Shown here piece after piece: positions 9,301 to 18,819 of a stretch of DNA of 64,000 nt. The notes below the pieces were generated by a model. The model had not been told where the DNA came from, searched no databases, and worked only from the letters and a program-made list of their open reading frames with translations. This stretch comes from a virus (Duplodnaviria; Caudoviricetes): positions 1 through 64,000 of the IMG/VR virus record IMGVR_UViG_3300037249_000541; one strand, 5' to 3'. The position numbers and the translations under genes are program-made. The first letter of the stretch is position 1; each line of letters opens with the position of its first letter.

Positions 9301-12300
9301 AAAAGTATTTTGAATATGTATCAAAATTTCTATTACCTCTATTTGAAAGATTTATGTTTGGTTTAACATAAATTACAGTTCCTTCATTGAAACAACTTAT
9401 TGTTTCGATTACAGTTTCTCCGTTAGGCGATTTCGTAACAACATTTCTAAATCCACCTTGTTTTATTTGATTGAATATTGTTTCAACTATATAATCAACC
9501 AATTCACCTTGGCCTTTGCCACTAAGTGGTATACTAAGTGTTAACAGAGTTTTATTGTCAGTTGTAACAGCATTTGCATAACATCCAAATATTGCACCAG
9601 TTTTCTTGTTTACCTTGAATTTAGGGAACCACCCAGCACATTTTGGTATAAACAAGTTTTGCATACGTTTATAAAATAGTTCACCAAATTCCTTTTCATC
9701 ACTTGCTGATATTTGATTACCAGCACCTCTTCTGCTATTTACAAAATCAACAAGATTCTTAGCTATTACTGTTATGTTTTCAATCAAGTCCTTTAAAACC
9801 TCATCATCTCCATTTATTATATCAGAAACAGACATACCATTCATATTTATTGCACTATAATTGTATGATATTCTTCTAAACAATATATGGTCTGTATTTG
9901 GATATACACAAACAAAATTTTGAACAGAAGAACCATCAATAGTGGGGTATGCTGATTCTGGTATACTTATTTTGTTGTCATTAAATATATCAATAGCTTC
10001 TGTTGAACCATTTTTCACAAACACGATTGTAATATCGCCATTTTCAAATGCCTCTTTTATAGAAACATTTCCAACTCTTGCGTCTGTTAATGGGATAAAA
10101 GAAGTTGAATTGGTTTCAGAGCCTTTAAGAGTACCTAATATCCTAAAAGGTTCACCATTTTGATTTTCAATAGATGTAATTTTATTTCCAATTTGTCGCT
10201 CACCATTTTTCTTTCTTGGCAAAGCTATGCTTGGGTAATGATTCTTACCTTCTTCGTCAATCCAATAACCAAATTGATATTGATTTTCCTCTGTTACAAT
10301 ATTATTGGATATATAGGACTTGCCTCTTGCTAAAAAGCCTATACACCTATATTCGCCTTCATTGTCTTTTACATACAGAAATGCTACATCGTCATATTCA
10401 TCTTTCTTTTGAACATAAACCTCAGTATATTCATTATGTTCTGCATTTCCTTTTACAAGTTTATCAAGCCTACCTGAGTTTACAAAGTCAAAGGCATCTT
10501 TTATTTCTTGAAGTTCAAATATATTATCAAATCCTTCAGTTTTATGCATTTGACCATCAGAGCCAAATCTCATTGGTGTCATAGACCTCGTAAAAGCAAG
10601 CATTGGCATATGATTTTCTTCGTCAAATACTTGCTTTCCAGATACAGTATTATATATATCATCATTAGTGTTACCGTCAATCTTATTCTTATTACGTTCT
10701 TTCCACTGCCTAAACTGTTCAATATCAGACTTAGTACCTAACCAATGTACATTCTTGTCATTAGCATTTATTACAACAGCCACATCAGAACCAAATTCAT
10801 TGTCAGCTCTTCTACTTAGAATGGCATCATTACCATTTCTATCAGCTTGGCTAAACAAACCTCTTTGCTCTTCATAGTAAGTATTCTGTCCTTCTTCAAC
10901 AATAGGATTAGTTACATTGATAACTACAGGGTAAATACCTTTTGCAGTAGTTTCCATAGCCTTGAATACTTCTGCATTTCTTGCAGTCCAAGTGTTGAAT
11001 GTGTCTTTACCTAACTGCAAACCAAATACTTCCTCAAAGAACTCTTTGTCAGACTTGTTCTCATAACCATAGTCTGCTTTACGTTCTTTAAGCCATTTAC
11101 CATGTGTACCACCTTTATCTCTGTCAAACTTACCTCTCTTATTAGGAATAGCCTGTCTAATGCTGTTAACATCCTTATCAGTTATAACAATGTCTTTCCA
11201 ATCATTATTCTCCCTACGACCATTAGACATAATCTCTTTAAGTTCCCACCAGAGTTTATTCCAATGAGCAAAGCCATTCTTATCAGAACCTTGTCTATTT
11301 ACACCATTAACATACTGCAATGAAGCCCATCCCTGTCTATTCAAGTATAGGTCATTTCTCTTCTTAGTTTCTAATGCACCAGAGCCTTCACCTCTCTTAG
11401 CTGAATTAAAGCCATCCGAGAAATCTTCATTGCTACCGTGCCAATAAATGCTTCTATCTACACTGTTAGGAAATTTGTCTGCCAAATAAGCTGCGTATTC
11501 TTTTATAGAACCTATTTTACTTAACTCAGGATTTCTTTCAAACACTAAAGCTAATTGATTTTCTATCTCAGGATTAATTCTTGCAAAATCCTGCTCACTA
11601 TTTGCAAGAGCTTCTTCAAGTTTTTTATCAAGTTCTTCCTTTTGAGTACGTAACTTTTCTACAACAGATTTCATAGAGCCTTTTAACGATTCTTTTAAAT
11701 CGTCAGATTCATTAGTTATTGCTGTTATAGCAGTATCAATAGCACCTTTTAAGCTTTCTGCTGTCGTATTTTTCTCATCTCTTATTTCATCTATTGCAGA
11801 AGATATTGCATCGGCTTGTTGCTTTAAGTTATCGCTTTGAGTTTCAAGCTCGCTTATAGATTGTGCAACAGACTCTTTTGCTGAATCTTTTGTAGACTCA
11901 GCCATAGATTCAATCTCTTGTATCTTTTCTTTAAGTTTTGCCTTTGTTTCTTCCTCAAATCTTTGCTTCTCGGCTCTTATTTCTTCTATCTCAGCAAGTA
12001 TTTTTGCTCTAAGTTGTTGCTTTTGTTGTTCTACAATTTCGGATTCCTTTTGGCGTCTTAATTCCTCTCGTTTCTCCCTTGCTTTTTCTCTTTTAATTTC
12101 GTTTCTTGCTTGTTTGATAAGTTCTTCAACAGCCATATCTTCTTCTTCGGCAATAACTTGAAGCATCCTATCAATTAAGCCTTCTTTATTGGCTTTTCTT
12201 CTTCTCATCGCAGCAAGTTCTGCAACATATTTTTTCTTGTCTTCCAAAAGTACATTATCTACAATAGCTCTTGCAAAATCAAGTTTCTCTTGTTCAAGAG

Positions 12301-15300
12301 ACCTTTGCATTTCCTCTTCTGTAATGTCTTGCATTGGGTCTAATTCTGGAATCTTGACTGAACCATCGCCATTATATTCAGTATACTCAACATCTTGGAT
12401 ATCAGATACATTTAATGGAATACCAGTGGTTGATGATGTTCCTGATATACTTAAGCTTTCGTCAGGTTTTTGCCTTTCTATTGCAATTAATTTTGGACTA
12501 TAATGAGGATTTAGTTTTTTTCTGTCATTTCTATCAAAATCTAATATCTTTTTCGCTATGACAAAAGCAACTCTATCTCTTAATGGTTTTGTGTCTGTGA
12601 CATCAGAGATATTCATTCCTATTTCATGAGCAATTTTATAATATTCCATTTCATTCAATAGTAATGGAGTAAAATGATTCTTATATGCCCAAAATACAAG
12701 GTTAAACAAGAATTGCTTCGTTTTATTAAACACTTCATTCTGCTCATCCCTTTGCCATCTATCAAGTAGTTTCGCTATATATTCTTCTTTTGAAACAGAA
12801 TCATCACTTTCGTTTTGAAATTGAATTTCTTCTCTTCTTATTATTGCTGACAATGTATTCATCTCTCTAAAAGAAGCATCATTACTATTAATGGCATCTA
12901 TTGCTTCTGGAAGAAATTCTGCGATAAGCCTATTGGTTTCATCAATAGCATCAAGAAGTTCTTTGGACTCTGGATTTAAATCCTTCATTGCATTTTCAGC
13001 AGCCTTCTTAATCTTCTTTATTCTTGCAGCAAATTTGCTTCTGAAACTACGAAGAACTTTTAATCTTCTTTCATAATTAACTTTCTCCTTTTGAAGTTTA
13101 TTTAATTCAGCATAATCTTTTATTATTGCTTTTGTCTCATCAATTCTTTGCTGAATTTCGTTAAGTTTTTCTTCTACTGGTCTTATATACTTATCATATT
13201 GTTGTTTGTAATAATCCATAATTTTATCAAAATTATCTCTTATTTCACCAACAATATCTCTTTCTACTTTTGCTGGAAGATTCTTTAAGCTTTCTGCATA
13301 CGCTTTTCCATAGGCATCTATTCTTTCATTCAAAAACTCATCATTAAACGCATCAAATGTATGCTGCAATTCATCTTTATTATCCATAAGTTTGTTCATA
13401 TGGTTTGATACGTGATGAATTGCATTTGCACACTTATTCATATCCTTTAACATATTAAGAAAATCCTTCTTGTCGTTATAGGATACCTCTGATTCAGAAA
13501 TATCATCAAGTGTTTTCGCAAGCTCTTGATATACATTATGTGTCTTTGATGTATTATTTAATACGGTAGCACTTAATACAGACAACCCGTCAAGTTTGTT
13601 TCCATTCTTATCTTCTGCTTCACCATTTAAAAAGGATACAAGATTAGAGTATGCTTCTACAAATTTTTGTTGATTTTCCAATTCTTCTGTTAATTTAGAA
13701 AAATCATTTAATGCAGAAACAATTTCTTTCCTTTTTGCTTTCAATTCAGCATTATCTGGGTCCTTCCTAATTTCATCGTCTATACTCAGTATTTCTTTTT
13801 TAAGCTCGTTTTTGCCTTCTTCAAAATTATTGAGATTTACCTTATAGCTATCTAACTTACCTTTTATTGCAGTTAAAATCGTATTGTATTTATCTCCAAT
13901 TTTATCACGCATAGAATTTATTCTCTCTTCCCAATTTTTTGCTTGTGTAAGTCCCCAAGCTATTAAATTTAATTCTTTTTGTTCAAGAGAATAGCCTGTT
14001 CGAGCGTCGGCTTCATTAACAGCCTTTTGATATTCTTTTATTATATTTTTAATTCTATTGGACTCCTTCTTAATTTTTTCCTTAGCTTCTGCTCTTCTTG
14101 GGTCGTTTGAATCTGTTATATCAGATATTCTTTCTCCATTATCTGTTAATAGGAAAGAATAATCCGAGTGGTATTTGTTATCTCCATACTTCTTTTCATT
14201 CTTTTCAGTCAAACCTTCTGAAAGGGCATTAAGTTCTTCATCTGATATATTATCATTATCGCCTATAAGGTTGTTTAGTGCTGTTAATTCTCCTGCATTT
14301 GCGAAAGTTTGAACCATTCTTATAGTTTGCGCATCATTTTCATTCTCATAAGCAAACTTATCACCTCTTGCAGCAGCTTGCATTTGACGTTCTTTTGATG
14401 CAAGATTAAATACACCAAGTCTAAAATTATCTTGCAATTTCTTATTTGTCATCAGCTTGTTCATTTCATCATAAGCTTTTTGACTTCGTTCTGCAAGTTT
14501 ACCACCTTCACGCCAAGCTTCAATAATACCACCTTGCCAAAAATCAGAAGCAGTCGCTCCTCCTCTTGCAAGTTTAGATAATCCAGCAGGATTAAAAGTT
14601 CCAAATGCACCAGTCACAGCACCAGCAAGGAACTCTTTCCAAGTTTCAGCATTTGTATATGTATCACTAAAAGATTCACCAGCCTTTTCCAAAAACCTTG
14701 AAAAAGATTCTGCCGAATTAGGGTCATAATCACTCCCATAATATTGTTTGGCAAGTTCTGACGCCCATTTTTGGTTTGATTCCTCAAAGCCTTCAGATAA
14801 TGTCTCTCTTAAAGCTACTGCTCTTGCTTCAAGTTTAGAGATACCTTCGCCTAATGGTTTTTCTGGATTAGGCATAATCAATTCTTTGGCTCTTTGTACA
14901 AGACCTTTTTTAATTTGCCTTTCTGCATTGACCGATGGGGCTTTCAAATAAGATAGTGTTCCCATAGTATTTGAAAGCCCTAAGATTGCCATATTTAATC
15001 CGAATGTCATAGAACCACCAGACAAGGCTCTTTGTTCAACACCATCAAGTTCAGCAGCCCTATTTGCCTCTATTTCTGATATTATATCTAAATGATTATT
15101 TCTTGCCTGTCTTACAGCGGTAGCCATATCTATGGGAGTGCCACTATTTAAGGCTTCATTATAAATATCAATAGCTTCAAGTTCAATATCCTTATTTACG
15201 TTTATTACTTGCTCTTTATATTTGTTGTTTATATCATTTGTGTAAGCATCTTTCAAATCGTTATAATTATTTAATGCTTCCATGCTTGCTTCAGATGCGG

Positions 15301-16111
15301 AACCTACTATACCAGCCATTAATCTGTAAAACATATTTACAGTATTTGGACTTGCACCAGCTTTTCTGACAAGTGATGCTGTTAAACTTGACAATCCCAT
15401 TCCACCAGTAAGAGCAGTTGATAACAACATGCCAGCAGTAAATCCAGCAGATGCTATATTTTCCATCCAAAAATTCCAAGTCCCCATATATCTCAATGGG
15501 CTCATTTCAGCCTCTTTTTTACTCTTGTATAATGGTAACGCTTCATCAACAGTTTTCCTTAATGCATCCTGCATTTGGGTTGCACTATTATTCCACGTAC
15601 CAGAAAAGAATGTCGTATTTGGGTCATCGTCATACTCGTTAACAATTCCTTGATACACACCAACGGCTAACCCTACTATATTGCCAACAGCTGTATTAAC
15701 TGTTTCAACTCCAAATCTACCAAGCGCACTACCGAATTTTGACCAAAAACCTTGCTCTCTTGCTCTTACTTCATTTAAATCTTGATAATCTTCATATGTA
15801 TTTGCATATTTATCATAATAACTTTCATTTAAGGATGGGTCTGCATCCTGACCCATAGTAAACCTGTTTCCGCCATAATCCTCATATGCGTTTTCTTGCG
15901 CTTCTATAAGATTACTTAAACTGCCTAATGTGTTATGTCTTGGAGCAGGCATAGGATTTCCATTAGAATCAGTAACAACTGTTTCTACTGGTTTATCATC
16001 AAGTATTATTTCATCGTTATTATACAAGTATCTCGGGTCTTTCTTTTCTTCCTCTGTCGAATTAGAAAGATTTTTACTTGGACGTTGCCCTTTTGTTATA
16101 TCAAATCCCAT
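6386..16111 (-). CDS. Giant ejected cargo protein (3241 aa): N-terminal hydrophobic helices and coiled coil; C-terminal half with ART-like, P-loop, HExxH and nucleotidyltransferase-like motifs
   Basis: ORF track. Motifs IYWHGS, AHPTAGKTT, IHELVH, GSAALRMQG..HDLDF..REKDIRDI. Synteny with crAss-like cargo block. Confidence 0.85.
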   Translation of the reverse strand: MGFDITKGQRPSKNLSNSTEEEKKDPRYLYNNDEIILDDKPVETVVTDSNGNPMPAPRHNTLGSLSNLIEAQENAYEDYGGNRFTMGQDADPSLNESYYDKYANTYEDYQDLNEVRAREQGFWSKFGSALGRFGVETVNTAVGNIVGLAVGVYQGIVNEYDDDPNTTFFSGTWNNSATQMQDALRKTVDEALPLYKSKKEAEMSPLRYMGTWNFWMENIASAGFTAGMLLSTALTGGMGLSSLTASLVRKAGASPNTVNMFYRLMAGIVGSASEASMEALNNYNDLKDAYTNDINNKYKEQVINVNKDIELEAIDIYNEALNSGTPIDMATAVRQARNNHLDIISEIEANRAAELDGVEQRALSGGSMTFGLNMAILGLSNTMGTLSYLKAPSVNAERQIKKGLVQRAKELIMPNPEKPLGEGISKLEARAVALRETLSEGFEESNQKWASELAKQYYGSDYDPNSAESFSRFLEKAGESFSDTYTNAETWKEFLAGAVTGAFGTFNPAGLSKLARGGATASDFWQGGIIEAWREGGKLAERSQKAYDEMNKLMTNKKLQDNFRLGVFNLASKERQMQAAARGDKFAYENENDAQTIRMVQTFANAGELTALNNLIGDNDNISDEELNALSEGLTEKNEKKYGDNKYHSDYSFLLTDNGERISDITDSNDPRRAEAKEKIKKESNRIKNIIKEYQKAVNEADARTGYSLEQKELNLIAWGLTQAKNWEERINSMRDKIGDKYNTILTAIKGKLDSYKVNLNNFEEGKNELKKEILSIDDEIRKDPDNAELKAKRKEIVSALNDFSKLTEELENQQKFVEAYSNLVSFLNGEAEDKNGNKLDGLSVLSATVLNNTSKTHNVYQELAKTLDDISESEVSYNDKKDFLNMLKDMNKCANAIHHVSNHMNKLMDNKDELQHTFDAFNDEFLNERIDAYGKAYAESLKNLPAKVERDIVGEIRDNFDKIMDYYKQQYDKYIRPVEEKLNEIQQRIDETKAIIKDYAELNKLQKEKVNYERRLKVLRSFRSKFAARIKKIKKAAENAMKDLNPESKELLDAIDETNRLIAEFLPEAIDAINSNDASFREMNTLSAIIRREEIQFQNESDDSVSKEEYIAKLLDRWQRDEQNEVFNKTKQFLFNLVFWAYKNHFTPLLLNEMEYYKIAHEIGMNISDVTDTKPLRDRVAFVIAKKILDFDRNDRKKLNPHYSPKLIAIERQKPDESLSISGTSSTTGIPLNVSDIQDVEYTEYNGDGSVKIPELDPMQDITEEEMQRSLEQEKLDFARAIVDNVLLEDKKKYVAELAAMRRRKANKEGLIDRMLQVIAEEEDMAVEELIKQARNEIKREKAREKREELRRQKESEIVEQQKQQLRAKILAEIEEIRAEKQRFEEETKAKLKEKIQEIESMAESTKDSAKESVAQSISELETQSDNLKQQADAISSAIDEIRDEKNTTAESLKGAIDTAITAITNESDDLKESLKGSMKSVVEKLRTQKEELDKKLEEALANSEQDFARINPEIENQLALVFERNPELSKIGSIKEYAAYLADKFPNSVDRSIYWHGSNEDFSDGFNSAKRGEGSGALETKKRNDLYLNRQGWASLQYVNGVNRQGSDKNGFAHWNKLWWELKEIMSNGRRENNDWKDIVITDKDVNSIRQAIPNKRGKFDRDKGGTHGKWLKERKADYGYENKSDKEFFEEVFGLQLGKDTFNTWTARNAEVFKAMETTAKGIYPVVINVTNPIVEEGQNTYYEEQRGLFSQADRNGNDAILSRRADNEFGSDVAVVINANDKNVHWLGTKSDIEQFRQWKERNKNKIDGNTNDDIYNTVSGKQVFDEENHMPMLAFTRSMTPMRFGSDGQMHKTEGFDNIFELQEIKDAFDFVNSGRLDKLVKGNAEHNEYTEVYVQKKDEYDDVAFLYVKDNEGEYRCIGFLARGKSYISNNIVTEENQYQFGYWIDEEGKNHYPSIALPRKKNGERQIGNKITSIENQNGEPFRILGTLKGSETNSTSFIPLTDARVGNVSIKEAFENGDITIVFVKNGSTEAIDIFNDNKISIPESAYPTIDGSSVQNFVCVYPNTDHILFRRISYNYSAINMNGMSVSDIINGDDEVLKDLIENITVIAKNLVDFVNSRRGAGNQISASDEKEFGELFYKRMQNLFIPKCAGWFPKFKVNKKTGAIFGCYANAVTTDNKTLLTLSIPLSGKGQGELVDYIVETIFNQIKQGGFRNVVTKSPNGETVIETISCFNEGTVIYVKPNINLSNRGNRNFDTYSKYFSVNPNDGNNNIGRENGNFYVGFSGTEEYHSVNPFDSYKKTTGEQKNSSKVSIGTANNYVFVQIDENDNANNDIVNKDGESISNDELLSIADPNNIVDNKSIASALRNKLIGHILDKSTKITIDINDDYYFDTNTFTIQKRINKNQIDWSKEFKEATVIWAHPTAGKTTLYEKGDSRVIDFDSVAKPEIAEAFGLPKSTSAKDLSIYCTGLNAPKETKDKYYRLLDEKLDEYTKKAKKEGKKLLVSDMRFIRNRKNDIDIVVTMSADKFASGMAARGEKRNDSWKDSIDSNVAEYRNIFGKVYDMSDDESEHFEQVLNKYTEKPPVVEDATIVDLGDGGFGEELFREVTGTDEESLSLSIGNYTINDFIGIVESIKGIDSDIVNFIRRHIGLNTKVKVVSDEEFELLKAKRKKPNATGFYNKTDDVVIIPKSASAKTLIHELVHPMTMHMLDYVFKHQEIIGNREILSAINELINEISDAYNEDPSVFAGTNIEYVFSKRGASAAKELFSEVMSDEILQNALARTKSKSSYTLFDRIREIINDILKIFGYKGNVRDFTSLFDRFKKIVRNTEINYELANPTKGDTASRIVKEVGDDAIDFCKRLGFSTVFNTENAEVVVDFVNKVMTFPDLSDRSFNVALSKVCAVLMPDDLLQEIRKVAELNGLDASPAVLSRDILKVIEGKQSNLLGDLKGKLSNHISNIFDKIFKNDNYYMSLINKAVNEIIDKNSKYYNTVVKEGFELKTLDMDKLYSNEHYNIYRTLVNLGAALDGSAALRMQGTLYRSGEEDFHDLDFTMKFNNFSWQVKNAVDDLVKTYETLTKNYLYKDKGVYKSLKEGHLASLTEELKKTPIYKMLSSEYANIRVKNFGKSDLGLMVTLEFDGYPVDIFYTKEVKKKVINGFVLADFTSAIGAKLVMGREKDIRDIINFKKYDIAEIEKQSDEELNDFCQKNGYDVDEFKKILVPLQSEIKKC

Positions 16112-16114
16112 TTT

Positions 16115-18727
16115 TTAACGATATTGATAGTTAATATAATCATTTTTAACAATTGACTTATCATAATTAGTGCCAGTGGTGCTGCCAGCTTGGTCAAATC
16201 CAGAATTTACAGTAGTAAAGTAAGCAAGCATAGCATTATTAGCAAATGAGCCAGCAAGTTTTTGAGCCATATACTTATAGATAAGCTCTTCTTTTTCATC
16301 ACCAGTTAATTCTTCATACGGTCTTCTTATATAATTCAATCTTGCCAATGAATTATACAAACTTCTTGCTCCTGCCTCTGCATCTGCGCCTGCATAACTT
16401 AAAGATACTTCATTGTCAATACCATTCTCGTGTGCGTAGTATATTGTGAAATTATCTTTGATTGCATTTTTTTCTGATTGTGATAAGTTTTTGTATGCCT
16501 TATGGTCAGATGCAATCTCGTTCATCTTTAAACTTTGATTTAAATTATCTTGAATTACCTCTCTGCCATCTCTTGGTAGTTGTGAATGGAACATTTTGTC
16601 ATTGCCATCATCGTCCTTTCCAGCAAGAATTACAATTTCATTTTTCAGTTTACCATTCTTATCGGCACTTGTATATACTGATGCTGTTAGGGTATTGCTC
16701 TTTGCTGCATCTTCTATATCCTTTTTAGAATCATCATCAAGTTTGCTTCCATCCATATTCGAGAATGTAAACGCGCCAGTAACAGCATTTTGATTAAAGT
16801 TGTTTAATGCAATAGACCAGTTGTCGTTAGCAGCATTTGTAACTGCGTTAACCATATAATCCTCTGGATTTCTTAAAATAGAACTTACACCAAGCGAATA
16901 TACGAAGTCTGCTCCAAACCTTGTATCCTGTGGGTCGTAACCAACAATTTCATTTGTTTCTTCAAGCATTTTAAGAGCATCATCATCAATTTCGTATTCG
17001 TTATTCAAATACATACTTACTTCGTGCTTATTCTTGAAATTATTTCCAGTCGTTTTGTTCAAGCCTTTTATAATTCCATTATTTTCATCTGCATCATCTG
17101 GCAACATCTGATATGCATACAAAATTGCTTCCTTTTTAAACTGCTTATTAGTCTCTTCAAATACACTATCATTGCCTAATCCTGGCAAGAAGTCATTACT
17201 TGTTATGAAGTCACCAATTCCAGATAATGAACCATATCCAGTCCAATCTGTACTAAATGCTTGACCAACTGGCATATCGCCCTTTATTAAACCATGATAT
17301 ACACCATAACACATATTTGTCAAACTACCAGAAAGTCCTACTACTGGACTTAAAGCAACCTTCGTTGTAGTGCCTGCGCCTTTATACAATAACTTGCCAG
17401 TTGCACTTACAAAGTTCTTAAACCTTGCCCAAGCTGCTGTTAAGTACGAAATATCACCCTCGCCATTATCGTAAGCTTTTTTAATTTCATCAACAATATC
17501 TTTATCTTTAAGGTCAAGTTCACCATTTAAGAATTTAGTGTCGTACCCTTTTGATTTAAGAATCTTCATAACACCTTCGTTCCTTAATTCTTCTGGTAAT
17601 TGCTCCTGAATTACAGCTTTATTGGCTTCATCTCTTGTCATACCATTATTTATAAAATTGTCTCTTCTTACGGTTATGGATATTGCATTTTGACTTTTAC
17701 CTCCTCCACTACCGCCTAATTTTTTGATATTGTCTGGGTTATTTGGATTCTTTCTCCATGCATCATTAATGTCAAATTGACGTTTTCTTTCAGCAAGGTC
17801 AGCCCATTTGTAGGATTCGGTGTCTGTGTGATTGGTAAATTTGCTTTCTCCAATAGCATTAGGAGCTTCCCCTTCAATGGTAGACCTTAATATATTATGT
17901 ATATCATTTCTTCTTAGTCTATTTTGTTCTGCTGTATAATGGTCGTAATCTGTATTCCAAGTATTAAGACCATACATTCCAAGTGTTTCGTCCATAACAC
18001 TTGTAAGCAATGAATTTATAGCTGTTGAATCACCAGTCATAAATCTTTGTACTTCCTCTGGACTGACACCTCTCTTTTCCATAGCTTCATAAAGCCAAGG
18101 TGCTGTCTGTTTAACATAAGCGTGAACTTGTGTAGGTGTCATCCTCTTTATAGCATCAGGAGTCAAGCCAGATTGTGAAACCATTTCCATAATCTGACTT
18201 TGCAAAGCCTTATATCTTTCCATAGCTCTATTAGCCACAACTTCCCTGTCTATTGATTTAGCCCTATAATGAGGATTTTTCATCCATTGGTCTATACCCA
18301 TATCATAGGCATCTCTCTCGAACATAGCGTGAGGATGTTGTTCAAGATACTTAGCTTGTCTTTCAGCTTCTTTATCTCTTGCTTGATATGCTTCTTCTAT
18401 TGGATGGATTATTCTCGAATAATCTGATTTAGCCTGCAATAAGTTTCTCCATAATGCAGGATTAACACCTTGTGTAGCCAACAAATCAGTATGCTGTCTT
18501 AGAGTGTTGGCATAATTTATATAATTTTGATAGGCTTGACTATCCTTGCCTCTTACATCATTAGCAAGCTTCTCAAACATATCTGCCTTAGATTGAATCT
18601 CTCCATAAGCAGCTTCTGCTGCCCTGTGTTCAGTTTCAGCATTCGCTATGTTCTGCGCTTCAAGAGCGAGAAGTCTTGTTGGGTCAAACCTTACATTTTC
18701 TACTTGTAATGAATAATTGCTTGCCAT
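16115..18727 (-). CDS. Cargo (ejected/internal virion) protein 2
   Basis: 870 aa, helical N-terminus, Gly-rich hydrophobic middle segment; lies between cargo 1 and the giant genes. Confidence 0.7.
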   Translation of the reverse strand: MASNYSLQVENVRFDPTRLLALEAQNIANAETEHRAAEAAYGEIQSKADMFEKLANDVRGKDSQAYQNYINYANTLRQHTDLLATQGVNPALWRNLLQAKSDYSRIIHPIEEAYQARDKEAERQAKYLEQHPHAMFERDAYDMGIDQWMKNPHYRAKSIDREVVANRAMERYKALQSQIMEMVSQSGLTPDAIKRMTPTQVHAYVKQTAPWLYEAMEKRGVSPEEVQRFMTGDSTAINSLLTSVMDETLGMYGLNTWNTDYDHYTAEQNRLRRNDIHNILRSTIEGEAPNAIGESKFTNHTDTESYKWADLAERKRQFDINDAWRKNPNNPDNIKKLGGSGGGKSQNAISITVRRDNFINNGMTRDEANKAVIQEQLPEELRNEGVMKILKSKGYDTKFLNGELDLKDKDIVDEIKKAYDNGEGDISYLTAAWARFKNFVSATGKLLYKGAGTTTKVALSPVVGLSGSLTNMCYGVYHGLIKGDMPVGQAFSTDWTGYGSLSGIGDFITSNDFLPGLGNDSVFEETNKQFKKEAILYAYQMLPDDADENNGIIKGLNKTTGNNFKNKHEVSMYLNNEYEIDDDALKMLEETNEIVGYDPQDTRFGADFVYSLGVSSILRNPEDYMVNAVTNAANDNWSIALNNFNQNAVTGAFTFSNMDGSKLDDDSKKDIEDAAKSNTLTASVYTSADKNGKLKNEIVILAGKDDDGNDKMFHSQLPRDGREVIQDNLNQSLKMNEIASDHKAYKNLSQSEKNAIKDNFTIYYAHENGIDNEVSLSYAGADAEAGARSLYNSLARLNYIRRPYEELTGDEKEELIYKYMAQKLAGSFANNAMLAYFTTVNSGFDQAGSTTGTNYDKSIVKNDYINYQYR

Positions 18728-18741
18728 AATTGTGTTATTAT

Positions 18742-18788
18742 AAAAAACCGCTGCAAATATAAAGTTTTATTTTATATTATGCAACGGC
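18742..18788 (-). terminator. Intrinsic terminator hairpin with an embedded Bacteroidota -7 promoter element
   Basis: Minus strand CCGTTGCATAATATAAA..TTTATATTTGCAGCGG followed by TTTTTT; TATATTTG matches TAnnTTTG. Confidence 0.6.
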
Positions 18789-18819
18789 TGAGTTAAATAA
18801 TTTTTAGGTTAATTATCTG

